Translations under genes and position numbers: made by a program | The notes under the pieces: generated by a model | What the model saw: the letters and a program-made list of their open reading frames with translations, nothing else | What the model was told of the DNA's origin: nothing | Database searches by the model: none | Origin: Dehalococcoidia bacterium | GTDB lineage: Bacteria; Chloroflexota; Dehalococcoidia; Dehalococcoidales; E44-bin46 | Assembly (NCBI GenBank): GCA_030605575.1 | Contig: JAUWIC010000063.1 | Span: forward strand, 254 to 64,253 | DNA length: 64,000 nt | Direction: 5' to 3' | Shown: positions 9,425 through 16,731 of the stretch, piece by piece | Layout of the letters: each line of letters begins with the position of its first letter | How positions within the stretch are numbered: the first letter of the stretch is position 1

Positions 9425-10687
9425 ATGAAGGTCATTGTCATCGGCAACGGAGTTGCCGGCAATACTGCCAGCTCCACTATTCGGCGTCTTGATGGCCAGG
9501 CTGAGATTACGATAATCTCTGAGGAGATATACCCTGAGTACTCGCCCTGTGCTCTTCCCCAGTACCTCGCTGGTGAACTCAGCAGACCGAATGTATTTCT
9601 AAGAACCAAAAGGGATTACTCCAGAGAGAGGACCAAAACCATCTTCGGTCAAAAAGTCACCAGCATCAGCCCCGAAGATAGAAGGGTGTCCTTGGATACC
9701 ACGAGTTTGACCTATGACAAGCTCATTATTGCCACCGGCAGTAAGCCTGTAATGCTCCCCATCAAAGGTACGAATCTTGATGGGGTCTTCCCTCTAAAGT
9801 CACTGGGGGATGCCGACCAAATCTTCCATTATACTGGCAACACCGCGGTAATAATTGGCTCCGGCCCTATAGGTGTAGAAACGAGTGTAGCTTTGAGTAA
9901 ACGAGGACTGCAGATTTACCTGATAGAGGTGCTTAATCGGATAATGCCCAGAGTATTTGATGAAACGCCTTCATCTCTGCTGAGGGGTATCCTCGAAGAA
10001 CGAGGGGTCAGGGTATTAACTGGAGAGAAGGTGATAAGCATCGTTGGTAACGGTAAGGTAGAAGGCATAGTTACCGACAAACACCGGATAAAATGTGATA
10101 TGGTAGTCCTCGGCGCCGGCATGAAACCAAATATAGAGTTAGCCCAACAGTCAGGAGTGAATATAGGCGCCCTGGGCGGTATCGCCGTTACCCAGCAGAT
10201 GATGACGAACCTTGATAATATTTACGCCTGTGGTGATTGTGTGGAGACGGAAGACAGGGCTAGTGGCGAACATACACTAAGTCTTCTGTGGCATAATGCC
10301 CGAAGACAGGGTGAGGTAGCCGGATACAGCTGCTCCGGGGTCCCCAAGAGCTACCTCGGGTCAGAGAACATTACCAGCCTGGACATCTTCGGCGTTCATG
10401 CTGTCTCTTTCGGTAGCATAGAAGCTGATGGCAACCAACACCAGGACATTGAGGTAATCGAAAGGTTTTTGGGTAAGAACTACTACCGCCTGATTATTGC
10501 CCAAAGCAGGTTAATAGGAGCTCAATCCATCGGTAATGCTCAGGACATGGGGGCGTTACTATGTGCCCTGATAAGAAGGGATAACCTAAGCGAAATTAAA
10601 CGGGCAATCGACAAAAAAACTCTGCCGCTAAACCCATTGTATTATAGGATAGCCCGATGCTTAGGCCCAAATATCAGACGCCTTTAA
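9425..10687 (+). CDS. FAD-dependent pyridine nucleotide-disulfide oxidoreductase (NAD(P)H-linked)
   Basis: It carries GNGVAGNTA (FAD GxGxxG), a YSPCALPQY redox-Cys-like motif, a second Rossmann IGSGPIGVE, and IYACGDC. Confidence 0.85.
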   Translation: MKVIVIGNGVAGNTASSTIRRLDGQAEITIISEEIYPEYSPCALPQYLAGELSRPNVFLRTKRDYSRERTKTIFGQKVTSISPEDRRVSLDTTSLTYDKLIIATGSKPVMLPIKGTNLDGVFPLKSLGDADQIFHYTGNTAVIIGSGPIGVETSVALSKRGLQIYLIEVLNRIMPRVFDETPSSLLRGILEERGVRVLTGEKVISIVGNGKVEGIVTDKHRIKCDMVVLGAGMKPNIELAQQSGVNIGALGGIAVTQQMMTNLDNIYACGDCVETEDRASGEHTLSLLWHNARRQGEVAGYSCSGVPKSYLGSENITSLDIFGVHAVSFGSIEADGNQHQDIEVIERFLGKNYYRLIIAQSRLIGAQSIGNAQDMGALLCALIRRDNLSEIKRAIDKKTLPLNPLYYRIARCLGPNIRRL

Positions 10688-10709
10688 TAGAAGGATAAAA
10701 ACAGCCAAG

Positions 10710-11621
10710 ATGGTAGATAGATTAAAAGATAGAGTGGCTATAGTTACCGGTTCCGGGCAGGGGATTGGCCGAGCCATAGCCCTAGCTATGGCTGCCGAAG
10801 GTGCCAAGGTAGTAACTAATAACCGCCGGCGCGGCACCCCCGGTGGCGATGCTGAGACCACGGCTAAAGAAATTAAGGGGATGGGTATGCCGGCAGTGCC
10901 ATTCTTTGGCAGCGTCTCTGAGTTTGATGTCGCCCAGAAACTAATACAGTCGGCGGTAGATAACTTTGGCCGGCTTGATATCTTGGTCAACAACGCTGGT
11001 GCTGATGCCCCCCGAATGGTCTGGAATATGACTAAAGAAGATTGGGGTATATGTGTTGACTCTTTCCTCAAGGGCTCTTTTAATTGCACTCGCCATGCCT
11101 GCGTCAGAATGAGAGAGCAGAGATGGGGAAGGATAATTAATACCACCTCTACCGCCTGGCTGGGGGCGGTGGGGCACTGTAATTATGGGGCAGCTAAAGC
11201 TGGCATTGTCGGTCTAACCAGGAACGTTGCCCGAGAGATGGGCAGGTACGGAGTAACTTGCAATGCTTATGCGCCGACGGCAGCTACTCGGTTTACCCTC
11301 AATGAGGAGGTATTAGCCGGCTTCAAGAAACGTTATGAGGCTGGTCTTATGACCAGGGAGCGATTTGAGGAGTTAACTCACCCACCACCCCCGGAAACAG
11401 TAACCCCGTTCATAATCTACCTATGCGCTGACGAAGCCGCTGATATCAATGGTCAGGTTTTTGATGTTACCGGCAATAATATTGCTATTTACTCGGAGCC
11501 GGTAAAGAAGAAGGTGCTCGGGAAGGAAGAAGGCTTGTGGTCAGTAGAAGAGTTAATCGAGCAAGTACCCAGGGTATTACTGGAAGGATACCAGAACCCA
11601 GCCCCACCCCGGCTTCAATAG
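10710..11621 (+). CDS. Short-chain dehydrogenase/reductase (SDR)
   Basis: SDR motifs TGSGQGIGRAIA, NNAG and YGAAK (YxxxK) are present. Confidence 0.85.
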   Translation: MVDRLKDRVAIVTGSGQGIGRAIALAMAAEGAKVVTNNRRRGTPGGDAETTAKEIKGMGMPAVPFFGSVSEFDVAQKLIQSAVDNFGRLDILVNNAGADAPRMVWNMTKEDWGICVDSFLKGSFNCTRHACVRMREQRWGRIINTTSTAWLGAVGHCNYGAAKAGIVGLTRNVAREMGRYGVTCNAYAPTAATRFTLNEEVLAGFKKRYEAGLMTRERFEELTHPPPPETVTPFIIYLCADEAADINGQVFDVTGNNIAIYSEPVKKKVLGKEEGLWSVEELIEQVPRVLLEGYQNPAPPRLQ

Positions 11622-11765
11622 CAACTGGCGGCGACACCACTTAAACTTGACACCGCAAGTGACAGACCTTAAGATTACAGCGTAAAATTAAAGCCATATT
11701 ATAATTCACAGTTCTTTGACAAAGAGGGGTTGCGTCCAGGCTGACAGAGAAAATCTAACCAATTA

Positions 11766-12938
11766 TTGTCCAATTTAAAGGCATTTATGCAAGAAGTAGC
11801 TATTGTTGGGGCAGGGCAAAGTGTATTCTCTCGCAATTGCGGCATGTCAATTCGCGAGCTCTGCTTTGAGGCATATAAAGAAGCAATTGAAGGGCTGAAT
11901 CTCTCCCATAAGGAAATTGATGCCTCTATTATCTGCTCGGCACCGGAGTATGATAAACAGCGTACCCCGGCGGCATTAATATCAGAGTATCTAGAGCTGA
12001 CACCAAAACCCACATTCTATATAGAGAGCATTTGCTCCTCCAGCAGTACCGGGTTAAGAGTGGCATGGTCGCTGATAAAATCGGGGCTTCACCAGGTTAT
12101 AGCCGTGATAGGCTTCCAGAAAATGTCTGAGTTGACCTCTCGTGAGGCGGCGGAGCGGATGGGCAGGGGGGACGATATAATGTTTGGGTCACCCTTGGGC
12201 ATAACTATGCCCGCAGGATATGCCATGTATGCCCATGCCCATATGGCTAAGTATGGCACCACCGAGGAAGACCTAGCCTTGATAAGAGTTAAGAACTCAA
12301 ACTATGGAGCCATGAATCCCAAGGCTACCTATCGCAAAGCATTGAGCCTGGAGGAAATACTAACTTCCGATGTTATTTGCAGTCCATTAAAGAAATACGA
12401 CTGCTGTGCCAATGCTGATGGCTCGTCCTGCCTCCTTATTGCCAGTGCCGAGAAAGCCAAAAAGATAACCAGTAAACCGGTATGGATAATGGGCATAGGC
12501 ATGGGGACATCCGAATTGAACATGAGTGCCCGAGAATCGCTAACCAGTTTGAACTGTGCCCGGGAAGCGGCACGGCAGGCCTACCAGATGGCGGACCTGG
12601 GACCGGAAGACATAGATGTAGCTGAAGTCCATGATTGTTTTACCATCGCTGAGCTCTTAGCCTATGAGGACCTGAGATTTGCCCAACCCGGTGAGGGGGT
12701 TAGGTTAATAAGAGACAAACAGACATATGTTGGCGGTAAGATTCCAGTAAATACCGATGGCGGCTTGTTATCTAAAGGGCATCCCATTGGGGCTACCGGG
12801 GGCTCTCAGATAAGAACCATAGTCAGGCAACTCAGGGGAGAGGCGGGAGAAACTCAGGTTGAGAATACCCAAATAGGGCTAATTCACAATGTAGGCGGGG
12901 TGGGTACATACGCCAATGTTACCATCCTGGGGAGGTAA
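11766..12938 (+). CDS. Thiolase-like protein (SCP-x/non-acetoacetyl type), partner of the following DUF35 protein
   Basis: It shows VAIVGAGQS, an active-site region IESICSSSSTGL, C-terminal NTDGGLLSKGHPIGATG, and HNVGG. The start could instead be the ATG at 11787. Confidence 0.85.
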   Translation: MSNLKAFMQEVAIVGAGQSVFSRNCGMSIRELCFEAYKEAIEGLNLSHKEIDASIICSAPEYDKQRTPAALISEYLELTPKPTFYIESICSSSSTGLRVAWSLIKSGLHQVIAVIGFQKMSELTSREAAERMGRGDDIMFGSPLGITMPAGYAMYAHAHMAKYGTTEEDLALIRVKNSNYGAMNPKATYRKALSLEEILTSDVICSPLKKYDCCANADGSSCLLIASAEKAKKITSKPVWIMGIGMGTSELNMSARESLTSLNCAREAARQAYQMADLGPEDIDVAEVHDCFTIAELLAYEDLRFAQPGEGVRLIRDKQTYVGGKIPVNTDGGLLSKGHPIGATGGSQIRTIVRQLRGEAGETQVENTQIGLIHNVGGVGTYANVTILGR

Positions 12939-12946
12939 TAGGCGAA

Positions 12947-13360
12947 ATGGGATTTGAAAAATTCGGTGTCGTCAGCTTCACCTCGGATGCCAAAGTAGCC
13001 CCATTGGTGGACTATCTGGAAAAAGGCAAGGTTATGATGACGAAGTGCCAGCAGTGCGGAAAAGCGTTCTTTCCTCCGAAAGCTGATTGCCCGCGGTGTG
13101 TGTCCAGTAACGTGGAATGGCTTGAGATCAGCAGTATCGGCACATTGCTTGCTTTTACCGTAGTCAATTACGGTCCGTCAGGATTTGAGAACGATACACC
13201 TTATACTCTGGGGATAGCTGAATTCGAGGAAGGGGTGAAGGTACTGGGTCGAGTAAGCAAGGCGATTAGTCCCGAGGATGTCAAGGTCGGAATGAGAGTC
13301 AAGCTGGCTCCGCTAAAGCTAGCCAATGAACAAATTATCTATGAGATGCAAAGGAGCTAG
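12947..13360 (+). CDS. DUF35 OB-fold / zinc-ribbon acyl-CoA-associated protein
   Basis: A zinc ribbon CQQCGKAFFPPKADCPRC is followed by an OB-fold-length C-terminus. It lies immediately after the thiolase-like gene. Confidence 0.8.
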   Translation: MGFEKFGVVSFTSDAKVAPLVDYLEKGKVMMTKCQQCGKAFFPPKADCPRCVSSNVEWLEISSIGTLLAFTVVNYGPSGFENDTPYTLGIAEFEEGVKVLGRVSKAISPEDVKVGMRVKLAPLKLANEQIIYEMQRS

Positions 13361-13423
13361 TGCCATGATTGAGTAAGGTTAAAGACTAAGGCTATTGGAT
13401 TCAATTCTGTAGAGGAGGTAAAA

Positions 13424-14494
13424 ATGGCCAAGATACCAGATAAAATTGAAACATGGCAGATGACCGAGCCGGGGAAACTAGCTAGAGTGAGCCTCGATGT
13501 CCCTGAATTACAGGCGGGAGAGGTACTGGTTGAGATTGCTGGCTGCGGGGTATGCCATACCGACCTGGGATACTTTTATGATGGCGTACCTACGGTGACC
13601 AAACCACCGCTAACCCTGGGGCACGAAATTAGCGGCATAGTAATAGCTGGCGATGGCGGATGGATAGGCAAAGAGGTAATTGTACCCGCGGTAATGCCCT
13701 GCAATAAATGCCCTATTTGCGCCAGTGGCCGAGGCAATCGCTGCCTGGCCCAGAAGATGCCGGGAAATAGTATGGGGATTTACGGCGGCTTTTCCAGTCA
13801 TATTGTGGTGCCCTCTGAAGATTTGTGTGTGATTGAGGATAAGAAGGGAACGCCGCTCCCGCACTTCGCCGTAATTGCCGATGCCGTAACTTCGCCTTAT
13901 CAGGCAGCAATAAGGGCTGAGGTTAAACCCGGGGATTTGACTGTTGTGGTTGGTGCTACCGGAGGTCTCGGCATCTATGCTACTCAAATTTGTTCCGCCT
14001 TAGGGGCTAAAGAGGTGGTTGGCATTGCCCGCAATCCCAAGAAGCTGGAACGAGCTCTGAAATATGGGGCCACCCGTACTATTAGTACCGTGGATAAGAG
14101 TGCCAGGGAGGTTAGGGATGAATTCCGGAGCTACAGCAAAGAAAAGGGGCTGCCCGTTTATGGCTGGAAGATATTTGAGTGGAGTGGCACAGCAGTAGGG
14201 CAAGAGATTGCTTTAGACCTGCTGTCCTTCGTTTCCACACTGATTATAGCCGGTTATGGGATGCAAAAGAACGAATATCAGCTATCAAGGTTAATGGGAT
14301 TTGACGCCGACATCAAGGGCACCTGGGGTTGTTTACCTAAATACTATCCCGAAGTCCTCAAGATGGTCCTGGAAAAGAAAATAGAAATAGAGCCCTTTAT
14401 CGAGACCAGGCCAATGAGCCAGATTCAGCAAGCATTTGAAGATGTCCACAAGGGGGGATTGGACACAAGGATAGTGCTAATCCCCGACTTTTAA
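13424..14494 (+). CDS. had: Zn-dependent alcohol dehydrogenase family; probable 6-hydroxycyclohex-1-ene-1-carbonyl-CoA dehydrogenase (Had/BamQ-like)
   Basis: It has GCGVCHTDL, GHEISG and the NAD motif GATGGLG. The functional call rests on its position directly upstream of the oah-like gene. Confidence 0.65.
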   Translation: MAKIPDKIETWQMTEPGKLARVSLDVPELQAGEVLVEIAGCGVCHTDLGYFYDGVPTVTKPPLTLGHEISGIVIAGDGGWIGKEVIVPAVMPCNKCPICASGRGNRCLAQKMPGNSMGIYGGFSSHIVVPSEDLCVIEDKKGTPLPHFAVIADAVTSPYQAAIRAEVKPGDLTVVVGATGGLGIYATQICSALGAKEVVGIARNPKKLERALKYGATRTISTVDKSAREVRDEFRSYSKEKGLPVYGWKIFEWSGTAVGQEIALDLLSFVSTLIIAGYGMQKNEYQLSRLMGFDADIKGTWGCLPKYYPEVLKMVLEKKIEIEPFIETRPMSQIQQAFEDVHKGGLDTRIVLIPDF

Positions 14495-14526
14495 CTTAAC
14501 TAAATAAAAAATAATGGAGGTATTAA

Positions 14527-15669
14527 ATGGCTTTAGACTGGATACCAAGGGACAATGTATTAAAAGACCATCAGCTTTTCGGCGATGAGCACTTGGGCAC
14601 CGAGCCACCGTGCACCATGTTTGAGAAGAAGCCGCTGATTAACCCTAACACTGGGGGGGAGGTTGAGGGTCTTTATACGGCCTGGGTCACCCTCAACAAT
14701 CCTGCCCAGTATGGTTCCTACACTACAGAAATGGTAAAGGGAGTTCAGGCCGGTATGCACAAGGCATCAATGGACAGGAGTGTCGTTGCCACCATATTTA
14801 CTGGCACCGGTGACCGGGCATTTTGCACCGGTGGTAATACCAAAGAATATGCCGAGTATTACACCAAGAGACCAAAGGAGTATGCCGACTACATGGACCT
14901 TTTCTCAGGTATGGTGGATGGCATCCTGAAGAGCCGGGTTCCGGTAATCTGTCGGTGTAACGGCATGCGGGTCGCTGGCGGTCAGGAGATTGGTCAAGCT
15001 TGCGACCTTACTGTAGCGGCTGATACTGCTCAATTCGGTCAGGCAGGGACAAGGCATGGTTCTACGCCAACCGGCGGCTCCAGCGATTTTCTGCCGTGGC
15101 AGTTGCCAACCACCGAACTGGCAATGTGGAACTGCTTCTCCAATGAAATGTGGAGCGCTTACAAGATGGAAAGGCTGGGCTTCATCACCAAGGCTGTGCC
15201 GATTAAGAAGAACGACAAGGGGGAGTGGGTAAGAGACCCGAGGGTTATCACTGATAAATATGTGGAGAACGGTGAGATAGTTTACGGTGAACTTAGGAAA
15301 GGGGACGAATTAAAACAGGCTAAGGATACTCTAAAGGGGCTTCAAACTGACTGGTCGCTGCTTGACGACTACATAAATAGAATGGTCTGGACCATAGCCA
15401 ACCTCATGCCTCTCTGCCTGATGACGACCGTTGAGTCTATAAGAATGAAGAAGAAGTCCTTCTGGGATGATACTAAAGTTTATTCCATGTACTGGCTGGC
15501 AGCCAATATGAATGCCGAAGCCTGGCTCGGCTTCAATGCCTTCAACACTTCAGACCTCACCGGTCAAAGGACTATAGATTTCATCAAGTACCGCCAGCTT
15601 GTAGCGCAGGGACACCAGTATGATGATGCGTTGATGGAAGCCGTTATGCCCAAACTCAAGCCACAGTAG
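14527..15669 (+). CDS. oah: 6-oxocyclohex-1-ene-1-carbonyl-CoA hydrolase (Oah/BamA-like ring-cleaving crotonase)
   Basis: This is a 380-aa enlarged crotonase. The stretches HLGTEPPC...GLYTAWVTLNNP..YGSYTTEMVKGV and GDRAFCTGGNTKEYAEYY match my memory of Oah/BamA. That match is recalled, not computed. Confidence 0.7.
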   Translation: MALDWIPRDNVLKDHQLFGDEHLGTEPPCTMFEKKPLINPNTGGEVEGLYTAWVTLNNPAQYGSYTTEMVKGVQAGMHKASMDRSVVATIFTGTGDRAFCTGGNTKEYAEYYTKRPKEYADYMDLFSGMVDGILKSRVPVICRCNGMRVAGGQEIGQACDLTVAADTAQFGQAGTRHGSTPTGGSSDFLPWQLPTTELAMWNCFSNEMWSAYKMERLGFITKAVPIKKNDKGEWVRDPRVITDKYVENGEIVYGELRKGDELKQAKDTLKGLQTDWSLLDDYINRMVWTIANLMPLCLMTTVESIRMKKKSFWDDTKVYSMYWLAANMNAEAWLGFNAFNTSDLTGQRTIDFIKYRQLVAQGHQYDDALMEAVMPKLKPQ

Positions 15670-15691
15670 TTGAGCTCATCAAATTAGTAAT

Positions 15692-15727
15692 AGAAAGCCC
15701 GGGGTACACTCGGGCTTTCTATTTTTC
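15692..15727 (+). terminator. Rho-independent terminator after oah
   Basis: AGAAAGCCCG / CGGGCTTTCT form a 10-bp stem with a 9-nt loop, followed by ATTTTT. Confidence 0.6.
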
Positions 15728-15731
15728 CCGT

Positions 15732-15760
15732 TTGACAAAGAGATACGCATGGGCTAGCAT
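15732..15760 (+). promoter_or_regulatory. Sigma70-like promoter (TTGACA-N17-TAGCAT)
   Basis: TTGACA lies at 15732-15737 and TAGCAT at 15755-15760, about 90 nt upstream of the 15852 start. Confidence 0.4.
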
Positions 15761-15851
15761 TGTTGAGGTCAGGTATGCCATCCTACGTACCGCGTTCTAA
15801 CCGAGGACATTACGGTAAATAACAGGTCAAACAGCATTCAGAGGAGAAGAT

Positions 15852-16622
15852 ATGGAGTTTCAAAATATTACCTTGGAGAAGCAGGAAGGCATAGCCAAAC
15901 TCACTATTAACCGACCGCCGGTTAATGTAATCAATTATGATGCTCTGGTAGAAATCAATGCTGCCCTGGAAGAGTTAGGCAAGGATGAAGCGACGAAGGT
16001 TTTACTAATCCGCGGGAGTGGGAACCGGGCTTTCTGCGCCGGGGTAGAGGTAAAAGACCACCTTGGAGAGATGATGCCCAAGATGATGAGAGAATTTGGC
16101 AGGATGTTCCGGCTTTTGAGAAACCTGGGCAAGCCAAGCATTGCTGTGGTCAATGGTGTGGCTTTGGGGGGCGGCTGTGAGCTTGTTGCCGGCTGCGATA
16201 TGGCTATTGCCTCGGAGAAGGCTGCGCTTGGTCAGCCGGAGATAAAACTGGGTGGTTTAGCGCCGGCGGCGGCTCCGTTGTTTCCCAGGATAATGGGAGA
16301 GAAGAAGGCTTTCGAGCTTATTCTCCTGGGAGAGAACGTAAGCGCCAAGGAAGCCGAGCGAATTGGCTTAGTCAATAAAGTCGTAGCGGAAGAAGAACTG
16401 GACAGCACCGCCGAGGAACTTGCTGGCAAGTTCCTGGAGAAAAGCAGCCTCGGTGTCAGGCTCGTCAGAGACGCTTTTTATCAATGCGCTGATACCGCTG
16501 AATTCGATGAAGCTATGCAGAAAGGGGTAGAGCTGGGGATAAAGACCTGGGAAACAGAGGACGGTCAGGAAGGCTTGAAATCCTTCCTGGAGAAAAGGAA
16601 GCCTATCTGGAAGAATAAGTGA
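15852..16622 (+). CDS. Enoyl-CoA hydratase/crotonase; possibly cyclohexa-1,5-dienecarbonyl-CoA hydratase (Dch/BamR-like)
   Basis: The crotonase fold shows GNRAFCAGVEVKDH, VNGVALGGGCELVAGCD and GQPEIKLG. The specific role is inferred from the had-oah neighbourhood. Confidence 0.8.
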   Translation: MEFQNITLEKQEGIAKLTINRPPVNVINYDALVEINAALEELGKDEATKVLLIRGSGNRAFCAGVEVKDHLGEMMPKMMREFGRMFRLLRNLGKPSIAVVNGVALGGGCELVAGCDMAIASEKAALGQPEIKLGGLAPAAAPLFPRIMGEKKAFELILLGENVSAKEAERIGLVNKVVAEEELDSTAEELAGKFLEKSSLGVRLVRDAFYQCADTAEFDEAMQKGVELGIKTWETEDGQEGLKSFLEKRKPIWKNK

Positions 16623-16731
16623 ACGATTAGAACTTGGCTGAGAGGCTAAGCTTCGGTCTAAGATTGTCATCCCCTGCTGGAAGTAAGCGCTGAGATTAAT
16701 TATCTATACGAACGGGAGGCAATAATCTAGC

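Noticed and set aside
11712-11724. The palindrome CTTTGACAAAG and similar TTGACAAAG strings at 15731 and 23257, considered as a shared operator.
   Set aside because: Two of the three are adequately explained as -35 boxes (TTGACA) with properly spaced -10 elements. Three occurrences are too few to argue for a regulator site.
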